DNA from: Verrucomicrobiota bacterium
GTDB taxonomy: Bacteria; Verrucomicrobiota; Verrucomicrobiia; Limisphaerales; JADJPG01
DNA: 64,000 nucleotides
NCBI GenBank assembly: GCA_046048995.1
Contig: JBJOEZ010000023.1
Coordinates: 475-64,474 of the forward strand
Reading direction: 5' to 3'
In this document: piece by piece, positions 1-7,524 of the stretch
How positions within the stretch are numbered: position 1 is the stretch's first letter
How the letters are laid out: every line of letters begins with the position of its first letter
Translations under genes and position numbers: made by a program
The notes under the pieces: model-generated
The model's database searches: none
Told to the model about the DNA's origin: nothing
Seen by the model: the letters and a program-made list of their open reading frames with translations, nothing else

Positions 1-1371
1 GATTTTCAATCCCGAGGCATACACATCGCCATCTGCTCCCCTGCCTATAACAAAATCGACCGAATCCCCAGTTTGAAGGTAGAAGTTATTGGTGAATCCA
101 AACCGCGCTTTCGCATCCAGCATCATACCAGCAATCTTCACACCATTAGTAACAACACAGAATTCCGTATCACCAGCAAAAGACGGATGCAAATGGGGGA
201 TTACTAATGCTTTAATCGAGTGCCTGCCAGAACAACCGTCCGGCACTGTAAACCGAATCACACCAAAGTTTTCTGGCCTGTTATTCTCCCCAGCGTGATA
301 CCACACGGAGCCAGGTTGAAAAACACCTTGCCCATTGTCCCATGCGTCAGTTCCACAGTTTTTGTATATAGCGGGATTACTTGCAGGTCCAAACTGCCAC
401 GACTTCACCACTACACCTTCATTAACAGTAACAGACTTCTGAAACCGAATCGGCTTAAACACCCCGCCAACCATAGGGGTCCAACCGAATGCCCACGCTC
501 CGTTTGGGTTAGTTGCATGTGAGAAATCATCGGATAGGTCATAAACAATTCGGGGTTGCTGATTTGTTGCAATCAACAAACCGACAGCGGGAACAAGAAC
601 CGCAGCCGCACCGACAACAGCCAGGCCAGACTTTGCAAGAGCTGATAGGGCCATATCTCTTAATGAAGCCTGGACCAAATGCGTCACATTCGCCGACAGG
701 GAGGTTGAGACCTTTCCCGCAGCAACCTCAATGGCAATTCGCGCAACTTCAGGGGGCGCAGCCTGAGTGGAGCTGGATAGCAGTGTTGCCGTCAGCCCAG
801 CAACTGACAGTGTGACACCTCGCCGCCCGAGGATGCGACGCAACTTGTCAACGGCACGTGTAATACGTTTTTGCGCCGCAGCCTCTCCCGCGCCAATTGC
901 TTTACCGACGTCTTCCACGGACATTTTTCTATAGAACCTTAAAAGGATTACGTCTCGGTCCTTCTCCCCAAGAGCGTGGATAGCTTGGTCGATGTGAGGG
1001 GCGATATCGTCCCACACCGGGATGTCGGTAACTGATGTCAGAGAAGGATCATTCATGGCAAAAAACTCCCTATCTGCTCTACGCCTCTCAGTCCTTATCG
1101 CGGTCTGCGAAACAAATCGCACTGTATTAGAAAGCCAGCCTAACAAAACTGTCCCTTCGCTGATTGTAGCAGCCTTTCGCACCAGGAGGATAAACACGGC
1201 TTGCGTTACATCTTGTGCAAGATGTGCGTTACCAAGGCGCCGAAATGCCATCGCATATACATGCGATGAATACCTGTCTACGAGGGCTGCGAAGGCAGAC
1301 TCAGAACCCTGTTCTACGTAAGCCCGCAGGAGTAACCAATCGTCAATGCTTGAGGGGTCTTGCACATCCAT
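1..1371 (-). CDS. ECF-type sigma-70 family sigma factor with C-terminal transmembrane and extracytoplasmic extension (3' end runs off the window)
   Basis: Own reverse-strand translation; absent from the ORF track because there is no stop inside the window. ATG at 1371 is preceded by an in-frame TGA. N-terminus MDVQDPSSIDDWLLLRAYVEQGSESAFAALVDRYSSHVYAMAFRRLGNAHLAQDVTQAVFILL looks like sigma region 2. DRDVILLRFYRKMSVEDVGKAIGAGEAAAQKRITRAVDKLRRIL looks like the region 4 HTH. A hydrophobic helix LAVVGAAAVLVPAVGLLIA follows, then ~190 more residues open to position 1. Confidence 0.75.
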   Translation of the reverse strand, partial: MDVQDPSSIDDWLLLRAYVEQGSESAFAALVDRYSSHVYAMAFRRLGNAHLAQDVTQAVFILLVRKAATISEGTVLLGWLSNTVRFVSQTAIRTERRRADREFFAMNDPSLTSVTDIPVWDDIAPHIDQAIHALGEKDRDVILLRFYRKMSVEDVGKAIGAGEAAAQKRITRAVDKLRRILGRRGVTLSVAGLTATLLSSSTQAAPPEVARIAIEVAAGKVSTSLSANVTHLVQASLRDMALSALAKSGLAVVGAAAVLVPAVGLLIATNQQPRIVYDLSDDFSHATNPNGAWAFGWTPMVGGVFKPIRFQKSVTVNEGVVVKSWQFGPASNPAIYKNCGTDAWDNGQGVFQPGSVWYHAGENNRPENFGVIRFTVPDGCSGRHSIKALVIPHLHPSFAGDTEFCVVTNGVKIAGMMLDAKARFGFTNNFYLQTGDSVDFVIGRGADGDVYASGLKI

Positions 1372-1582
1372 TAATGTCCACTGTCAAACAAACCGGACAG
1401 AATTTTTACACCCAGCAGGGCGTCCGCCCACAATAGGGTGAAAATATCCAATGAAACACACCAATCCACACGCTAGCTGCTGGTAATCAACAGGTTGCCA
1501 TTCACACTGGTCTTCAGCGATCGTTAGTATTCCAAGTCAGGCCTGGGCGCCCTAATTCCTAAAAAAAACAACGACCAAATCA

Positions 1583-2341
1583 CTAATCGCGCTGCAGCAC
1601 TATTCCTATGCCGCGGCCCGCCCACTTTCCCAACCTAGCAATTAGGCCATGGCTTTGTGGCCACCATCCGACGGTTTTAAGCCCGCAATGCGCTGCGAGA
1701 TCGCTTAGGCCGCGAGGGGTAAAATCCCTGATGTGGCCGCTCGGCTTAAAAACATCTAACCTTTTCTGCATGAACCTTGGGTAAAATCCATATGATATGC
1801 TCTCAGCGCCAAGCTCACTTCCCAGCGGTTGACTACCAAACAAAAACAGTACTCTGTTTACCCACGCAGCAATATTCGGTACGCTGATGACACAAACCCC
1901 CTCTGGGCGCAGAACGCGTCGAAACTCACGGACCAGCTTTTCTGTTTCAAAAATATGCTCTAACACTTGATTGCAGCACACAAAATCAAATGATTGGTCT
2001 GGTAGCGGCAATACTTGACCATCAAGATTCTGCTGGATGAACTCAAAGTCTTCGCAAATCTCGGAAAAAAATTCACCGGGACTTCTAACGAGATCAATTC
2101 CGGTAGCCTGAACCCTAGACACTTGGTGTCGATTCTTAGCAGCTCGGGCAAAGTCCCTCAGAAAAAGGCCCTTGCCGCAGCCCACATCCAATAGTTGGAT
2201 TGTCGAGCGCGATTTTTGCCGTAGTAGACGCTTTACTGCAGGTGAAGCTAACAGGGAAGGAAGATGATATTCTCCAGCCGAATAGACTGAGTCTTTTGAA
2301 TGCAGGCCCGAATAGAATGAACTCGCCCGTTCGTCTTTCAT
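1583..2341 (-). CDS. class I SAM-dependent methyltransferase (Methyltransf_11-like)
   Basis: 252-aa ORF with SAM-binding motif I LLDVGCGKGLF and a later acidic/hydrophobic motif FDFVCCNQVLEHI. ATG at 2341. Low-GC coding sequence. Confidence 0.85.
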   Translation of the reverse strand: MKDERASSFYSGLHSKDSVYSAGEYHLPSLLASPAVKRLLRQKSRSTIQLLDVGCGKGLFLRDFARAAKNRHQVSRVQATGIDLVRSPGEFFSEICEDFEFIQQNLDGQVLPLPDQSFDFVCCNQVLEHIFETEKLVREFRRVLRPEGVCVISVPNIAAWVNRVLFLFGSQPLGSELGAESISYGFYPRFMQKRLDVFKPSGHIRDFTPRGLSDLAAHCGLKTVGWWPQSHGLIARLGKWAGRGIGIVLQRD

Positions 2342-2414
2342 ATAAGCTTTTGGATGTCTTGCTTTATCTAACGCTGGTTAAATTGCGATTATACCTTTAA
2401 ATTTGCGTTCCAAA

Positions 2415-3662
2415 TTAGTTTGAAGTGTGCTCACTAATTAACAGTTTGAACTCCCCCTGTCCCGCCTGCCAGGACAGTTCCTGCCTGAGTTTGGGAAGCG
2501 GCATTTGCTCGAGGTAATTCCTTCCGCCCCGCATGGCGCGAACCTCTCCGCCCCGCATGGCGCGAACCTCTCTTTCGACGGCCTCGAACCAGGCTTGGCG
2601 GTTGAAGGGTGGGGCATACCGGACGAAGTCGCCGAAGACCGGCCGGTAACAGCTGAGTTCGTAGGCCACCACCGGCGTCCCGGCCACCAGCGCTTCCCCC
2701 ACCACAATGCCCCAGCTCTCGTAGCGGCTGGGCATGACAAACACGCGGCTGGCCTTGAGCAGGCGGTATTTCTCCTCCTCGCTGACGAGGCCGCTGAAGG
2801 TGACATGGTCCTGCAACCCGCGTGAGCGGATGAGGGGCTCAAGGGCATCCCTGCTTTTGCCAATGATCACGGCCCGGTAATCAGGAATTCTCTCCTTCAG
2901 CCAATCCAAGAGGGCCAGAAGGTCGTCGATGCCCTTCTGGGGGTGCACCCGACCGGTCCACGCGACATCAAACTCTCGCACCTGGGGTGGGACACGGTCC
3001 GCCACCTCCACATCGCTGCCGTTGGGGACATAATGCAGGGCGGACTCCACGTAGCCCAGTCCCAGCAGGTAATCCTTCATTTCCGGATGGCTGTAGGTGA
3101 CCTGACCGCCCGGACAGCGACGGAAGCGCCAGAGCGAATAGCGCTGGCTCATCCAGTAGTAGAGCGAGGCCAGCCGCGAGGGGGTCACGTCAGCCCGCCG
3201 CCGGAAGATGACCTCAGTGAGCGTCGGGGCGATCATGCCGAGGTAAAGGATCTTGGTCCGAGCCGCGCACCGGACGAGCGGGATGGTGTCGAACCAATAA
3301 TCCGACATGGCGTAGGCAATGTCATCCTCCCGCACGTGGTCGAGCCGTTGCAGCGAGCCATACAGGCGGCGGGCAAAATCGAAGAGGAGGCGGAACTGCC
3401 CCGCGAGGCTGCTGACGTCCCCAAGTCGCCCCGGGCGGGTATCAGTCAGGGTGAGGTTCATGGGAAACCCGCGCTTTTCCAGGTAGCGACGCAGGGCATG
3501 GCCGCCGAAGAAGTGCACCGGGTAGCCGGCGCCCAGCGCGGCTTGGATCATGTAGGCGAAGTAGGTGTCCCCGCCGCCGATGCCCTCGGCAAAGATCCCG
3601 TTGACGAAGCAAACCAACCGTCGCCGGGGCGTGGCCGCTGGGGAGGGGGCGGAGTCGTTCAT
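2415..3662 (-). CDS. glycosyltransferase family 4
   Basis: GT-B/GT4 C-terminal motif VMPSRYESWGIVVGEALVAGTPVVAYE. Start trimmed to ATG 3662 (MNDSAPS...), which forms an ATGA overlap with the stop of the upstream GT2 gene. The longer track ORF (to 3929) would overlap that gene. Confidence 0.85.
   Translation of the reverse strand: MNDSAPSPAATPRRRLVCFVNGIFAEGIGGGDTYFAYMIQAALGAGYPVHFFGGHALRRYLEKRGFPMNLTLTDTRPGRLGDVSSLAGQFRLLFDFARRLYGSLQRLDHVREDDIAYAMSDYWFDTIPLVRCAARTKILYLGMIAPTLTEVIFRRRADVTPSRLASLYYWMSQRYSLWRFRRCPGGQVTYSHPEMKDYLLGLGYVESALHYVPNGSDVEVADRVPPQVREFDVAWTGRVHPQKGIDDLLALLDWLKERIPDYRAVIIGKSRDALEPLIRSRGLQDHVTFSGLVSEEEKYRLLKASRVFVMPSRYESWGIVVGEALVAGTPVVAYELSCYRPVFGDFVRYAPPFNRQAWFEAVEREVRAMRGGEVRAMRGGRNYLEQMPLPKLRQELSWQAGQGEFKLLISEHTSN
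2523..2570. repeat. perfect 24-bp tandem duplication inside the GT4 gene (encodes EVRAMRGG twice)
   Basis: tccgccccgcatggcgcgaacctc occurs twice back to back at 2523-2546 and 2547-2570. It is in frame. Confidence 0.9.
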
Positions 3663-4690
3663 GGGGTCCGCGATTGCGGTTTGGGGCCGGCCAGGGTTTG
3701 GCGGGATTGGAGGTCCTGGATGAGGCGCCGGGCGTCGGGATTGGTCCGGTAGGTCCACCACCCCCACGCGGTGCCCACAAAACTGCCCACACTGGCCGGC
3801 ACGTGCCAGAGCCAGGCGGGATCCCGGTCCGCCCTCCAACCGCGGAGGGCATGCCACAGGGGGCCGACGAGGGTCACACAGTAGAGCCCGGCCAGCCAGA
3901 GGGGGATGGGCGGCTGTTCCCGGGTCCAATTAACGGGGGTTTGCTGGCGCACCCGGAAGAAATGGGCGATGGCACGCCGACGCTTCTTCACGAACTCCCA
4001 GAGGGTCTGCACGTAATAATGGTGCACCCCGCGGCCCCGGACCCGGAGCCACTCGCGCTGCCCGCGCTGCATGAGGCGAAGCGGCACGTGGGTGTCCTGG
4101 AAATGGTCCGCTGATCGGACCGCGTCAAGGTCGGCCCGGCGGAACACGAACCCATTGGCGCCCAGCGGATAGCTGCACGAGGCGCCGGGCAGGGTCCACC
4201 GCTCAATCTCACCGTCACACCCGGCCAGGACCGGGCGCCGGCTCATGAGCCAGCTCAGGACATCACTGATGTGGAGCCGCGCCGTGATATAGCGGCAGAA
4301 GCTGCTCATCTTGGCCGAGGGCAGGTAGTAGCTCTCGACCCCAAGGGCCTGCGGGTGGGCCTGCAGGCCGCGCACGGCGAGGCTGAGGTAATCCGGATGC
4401 GAAAACTCGTTGTCGGCATCGACAAACACGATGTAATCCCCGGTGGCATGGGCCAGCGCCAGGCGCTTGCCCTCCTCCATGTTGGTCCCGTCATCGTCGA
4501 GCACCCGCGCCCCGTGCCGGGCCGCGATGGCCTGGGTGCCGTCCGTGGAATGGGCGTCGGCCACCAGCACCTCGATGCGGTCCCGCGGATAGTCCTGGGC
4601 ATCCACGGAGGCCAGGCAGTTGTCGAGCAGGGCCGCGGCGTTCCGCGTGGGAAGGATGATGCTGAGTTTGGGACGGACACCGTCGCTCAT
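3659..4690 (-). CDS. glycosyltransferase family 2
   Basis: N-terminal GT-A signature LSIILPTRNAAALLDNCLASVDAQDYP...VLVADAHSTDGT and DxD-like FVDADN. The track ORF starts at a TTG (4735); the first ATG (4690, MSDGVRPKLSIILPT) is preferred. Confidence 0.85.
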   Translation of the reverse strand: MSDGVRPKLSIILPTRNAAALLDNCLASVDAQDYPRDRIEVLVADAHSTDGTQAIAARHGARVLDDDGTNMEEGKRLALAHATGDYIVFVDADNEFSHPDYLSLAVRGLQAHPQALGVESYYLPSAKMSSFCRYITARLHISDVLSWLMSRRPVLAGCDGEIERWTLPGASCSYPLGANGFVFRRADLDAVRSADHFQDTHVPLRLMQRGQREWLRVRGRGVHHYYVQTLWEFVKKRRRAIAHFFRVRQQTPVNWTREQPPIPLWLAGLYCVTLVGPLWHALRGWRADRDPAWLWHVPASVGSFVGTAWGWWTYRTNPDARRLIQDLQSRQTLAGPKPQSRTP

Positions 4691-4754
4691 GGGCCGGGAG
4701 CCGACACTTTGGGGCCGGTTGGGGGGCCGGCGCAAGGCGGAAGCCGAAGCCTCC

Positions 4755-4943
4755 GTAGCAGCGGACGTCAGTCCGCTGAAGCCCCCTCCCTGCCGGCTGA
4801 CGCCGGCGGCTACGACCCCGTAGCAGCGGACGTCAGTCCGCTGAAACCTCCTCCCCGCCGGCTGACGCCGGCGGCTACGACCCCGTAGCAGCGGACGTCA
4901 GTCCGCTGAAGCCCCCTCCCCGCCGGCTGACGCCGGCGGCTAC
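4755..4943 (+). repeat. three tandem copies (period 65 bp) of a ~59-nt double-hairpin intergenic repeat
   Basis: Units lie at 4755-4813, 4820-4878 and 4885-4943, separated by GACCCC. The unit is GTAGCAGCGGACGTCAGTCCGCTGAAGCCCCCTCCC(C/T)GCCGGCTGACGCCGGCGGCTAC. Hairpin 1 is CAGCGGAC/GTCCGCTG, hairpin 2 is CCGCCGGC/GCCGGCGG, and the closing pair is GTAGC/GCTAC. The last unit supplies the TAG stop of the GT9 gene. Confidence 0.85.
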
Positions 4944-6013
4944 GGGCTTGCGAGCGCCGCGGTCACGGCCTGATGAACGGCCTCCACAGTGACGCTCTCC
5001 ATGAGTCGCCGGAGTTCCTCGTCGGTGCCGCGGATGGGCCCGCCGTCATAGCGGTAGTATTGGAGGTTCCGTCCATTCACGCCGGGGTTGGGGATGAGCT
5101 GGTAGGGCGTTTGCCAGGGCACGTTGGTGGGGTTGAGCGTGGGGGCCTCGATGACGAGCTGGTGGGGCACCTTCATGGCGGCAGCCAGGTGCATGAGGGC
5201 GGTATCGACGCTGAGAAAGCCGTCGCACTGGGCCAGCAGGGCCGCGGCTTGGCGGAGGTTGCGGGTGGTGGGGGCGAGGACCAGCGGGCTGTTGAACTCA
5301 GCGAGGAGCCGGGTGTGCTCCGACTGTTCCTCGGGCCCGCCGAAGAGGAGCAGGGCCAGATCGGGATGGGACTGGCGGAGCCGGCGGAGGAGATCCTGCC
5401 AGTGGGCGAAGGGCCAGCGCTTGAGCGCGAGGTTCTTGGTCCCCCCGGACCCGATGTGCAGGCCAAGGCGGCGGCGGTGGCCCAAGTCGTTCCGCTCGAG
5501 GAACGAGGCGGCCCAGGCGCGTTCGGCCTCGGTGAGGAACACCTCGAATTCGTGGCGCGGCAGGACGGGGGTGCGGCCGAGCAGGCTGAGGAGGCGGTTG
5601 TTGTTGACGACGCTGTGGACCGTGTAGTCCTCGGGCAGCGTGCGGTTGACGAGGAGACGATCGACCCAGCCGTGGTTGGGATACTCGTGGCTGAGGCGGA
5701 CAGGGGCGCCGATGAAGCGGGCGACGCACCGGTAATGGATGCGGCCGAGGGTGTGGACGTTGATGGAGACGTCGTAGTGGCGGCGGCGCAGGTCGAGGAG
5801 GAAGGGCAGCGAGCGGAGGGGGCCCTCCTTGATCAGGTTCTTGTGCAGGACGCCGTTGAGGTGGGGGTTGCCCTCGAGGAGGTCCCGGGAGCCGGCCCAG
5901 AGCACGAACGCGTCGAGGGTGGCGTCCGGGAACTGGGCGCGCAGTTCGTGGATCAACGGCGTGGCAATGAGGGTGTCCCCGATGCCGGCGAGGGAGATGA
6001 CGAGGATCTTCAT
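4940..6013 (-). CDS. glycosyltransferase family 9 (LPS heptosyltransferase-like)
   Basis: Typical GT9 N-terminus MKILVISLAGIGDTLIATPLIHELRAQFPDATLDAFV. 357 aa, ATG at 6013. Confidence 0.85.
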   Translation of the reverse strand: MKILVISLAGIGDTLIATPLIHELRAQFPDATLDAFVLWAGSRDLLEGNPHLNGVLHKNLIKEGPLRSLPFLLDLRRRHYDVSINVHTLGRIHYRCVARFIGAPVRLSHEYPNHGWVDRLLVNRTLPEDYTVHSVVNNNRLLSLLGRTPVLPRHEFEVFLTEAERAWAASFLERNDLGHRRRLGLHIGSGGTKNLALKRWPFAHWQDLLRRLRQSHPDLALLLFGGPEEQSEHTRLLAEFNSPLVLAPTTRNLRQAAALLAQCDGFLSVDTALMHLAAAMKVPHQLVIEAPTLNPTNVPWQTPYQLIPNPGVNGRNLQYYRYDGGPIRGTDEELRRLMESVTVEAVHQAVTAALASP

Positions 6014-6031
6014 CAGGCGGGTCCGGGCGAC

Positions 6032-6787
6032 TCAGGGGATGATGGCCACCGAGTTGGTGCGCCAGAGCGGGGTGACCGCCCATTGGTTGATGGGGGCGAT
6101 GGCCCGGCCGTAGGGCACCGTGCGGACGCTGCCATCCACGAAGCCGAAGTTGCTCCCGCCGGCGCCGAACCGGCGGCTCAGATTACCGTGCCGGCCCTGC
6201 TCCGTCTCCTCGAGGTCATTGCCGGAACCCTGGTAAAAGTCCATGAACACGTGTGGTGAACCGGTCTTCTTTTCCCCGAACAGGATGGTCTCACTGGGCT
6301 CGGGCACGGAGGTCTCGGGCATGCCGAAGGGCCAGTTCATGGCCTTGAAGGAGTTCCACTGGGATTCCGAGAGGGTGGCCTGATAGTGGTCATTCCAGCC
6401 ATTGATCATGTAGCTGCGCGGCCCGAAGGTGGGGTCATCGGGACTGGTGGCGAAGATGGGGAACGGGGTGGGCGGGGGATTGTCGGTGGGGCAGACGAGC
6501 AGGCTGATCCGCTCGTATTCCGGCTTGAGGCGGTAGGGCCAAAACGGGCGCATGCGCGGGGGGTATTGGCCGTCATTATTGTCGGCGTAGTAGGTGAGGG
6601 CGAGGTGGAGCTGCTTCAGGTTGTTGAGGCAGACCGTGCGCCGGGCGCGCTCCTTGGCGGCGGCGAGGGCGGGCAGGAGCATGGCCGCCAGGACGGCGAT
6701 GATGGCGATGACGACCAGGAGCTCGATCAGGGTGAAGGCTTCCGCGCGCCGGGCGGACGCCCGGCGCCCCCACGGAACCCATGGCAC
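6032..6787 (-). CDS. prepilin-type N-terminal cleavage/methylation domain protein (DUF1559 / H-X9-DG-like pseudopilin family)
   Basis: [43 protein letters not shown] is the classic type IV pilin-like leader and helix. The C-terminal [12 protein letters not shown] resembles the DG motif. No ATG lies upstream of the leader, so an in-frame GTG at 6787 is proposed. The track's 369-aa version adds an implausible Pro/Ala/Arg-rich extension. The start is uncertain. Confidence 0.7.
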   Translation of the reverse strand: MPWVPWGRRASARRAEAFTLIELLVVIAIIAVLAAMLLPALAAAKERARRTVCLNNLKQLHLALTYYADNNDGQYPPRMRPFWPYRLKPEYERISLLVCPTDNPPPTPFPIFATSPDDPTFGPRSYMINGWNDHYQATLSESQWNSFKAMNWPFGMPETSVPEPSETILFGEKKTGSPHVFMDFYQGSGNDLEETEQGRHGNLSRRFGAGGSNFGFVDGSVRTVPYGRAIAPINQWAVTPLWRTNSVAIIP

Positions 6788-6903
6788 GGGCGCGTTCAAC
6801 GGTTGACACAGTGTGGGACCGGAAGGGCCGGACGGCAAGCGACCGCTGCAGGGGGCAGAGGCGGAACGTTGCGGGCGGGCGGCGGGCAGGCGAGGATGCG
6901 GGC

Positions 6904-7515
6904 ATGCGCACCTGCCGGTGGTGGTTCCCGCCCTGCCTGACACTCCTTCTTTCCGTCGCCGGGGCGGCCGGGGCGGACACCAATTCCTTCCGCTGGGCCA
7001 CCAACTACTACACGGTGACGGGGTCCACGCTGGAGGAGTTGCACGCGTCGCTGCGGGAGGCGCCGCCCTGGAAGGGCAAGTCGGTGTTTGTGGGCATGAC
7101 CGACTGGCGGATTGACTGGCGCTACCGGGTGGGGGGCACACCCGGCGTGGACGGCTGCAGCTGCACCTCCTTCACCACGCAGGTGTCGATTGTGACCACC
7201 CTGCCCCGCTGGCAGCCGACGCCGGAGGCGGCGCCGGAGGTGGTGGCCGACTGGAACCGGTTCATCCGGGCGCTGGGCGAGCATGAGCACGGGCATGCGC
7301 GGCTGGCCCTGGCGGCGCTGGCTGACGTGCGCCACCGGGTCAAGAACATGGGGACGGACCCGGATTGCCGCGCCCTGGGAAGGCGGATTGAAGAGGTGGT
7401 GAACCGGGCGATTGCGGAGCACCGGGCGCGCGACCGGGACTATGATGTCCGGACCCGGCACGGGGCCAACCAAGGGGCGGCCCTCAGCCCGCCGGGGCGG
7501 GGGACGGGACGGTGA
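6904..7515 (+). CDS. secreted DUF922-like putative Zn-dependent peptidase
   Basis: Start trimmed to ATG 6904, giving the signal peptide [24 protein letters not shown]. His-rich metal-site-like [12 protein letters not shown] and an overall DUF922-like layout (my recollection of the family). Confidence 0.65.
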   Translation: MRTCRWWFPPCLTLLLSVAGAAGADTNSFRWATNYYTVTGSTLEELHASLREAPPWKGKSVFVGMTDWRIDWRYRVGGTPGVDGCSCTSFTTQVSIVTTLPRWQPTPEAAPEVVADWNRFIRALGEHEHGHARLALAALADVRHRVKNMGTDPDCRALGRRIEEVVNRAIAEHRARDRDYDVRTRHGANQGAALSPPGRGTGR

Positions 7516-7524
7516 CCACCTTGC

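Noticed and set aside
89-1436. Several 69-100-aa plus-strand ORFs in the first 1.4 kb
   Set aside because: They are antisense to the continuous 457-codon ECF sigma reading frame, which has recognisable region 2 and region 4 motifs. None has recognisable features of its own.
1-2450. Calling the low-GC block a mobile element or genomic island
   Set aside because: No integrase, transposase, tRNA target, or flanking direct or inverted repeats are visible in the window, and the left boundary is missing. It is reported only as a compositional anomaly.
4620-4888. ORFs translating the tandem repeats (peptides containing AADVSPLKPPPRRLTPAATTP repeated), and 63108..63428 at the second array
   Set aside because: The periodicity comes from the DNA repeat itself. 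The units are hairpin-forming and intergenic, and there is no start context or coding-like composition.
4755-4943. Possible CRISPR array, because of the regularly spaced repeats (also at 63289..63472)
   Set aside because: The units are separated by only 6-8 bp of constant sequence rather than by unique 25-40-bp spacers. Only three copies are present, and there are no cas genes in the window.
6788-7141. Upstream extension of the DUF1559 ORF (track start 7141), and the 6781..6903 extension of the DUF922 ORF
   Set aside because: Both extensions are Pro/Ala/Arg/Ser-rich, would overlap each other on opposite strands, and precede clear N-terminal features (the prepilin leader and the signal peptide, respectively).
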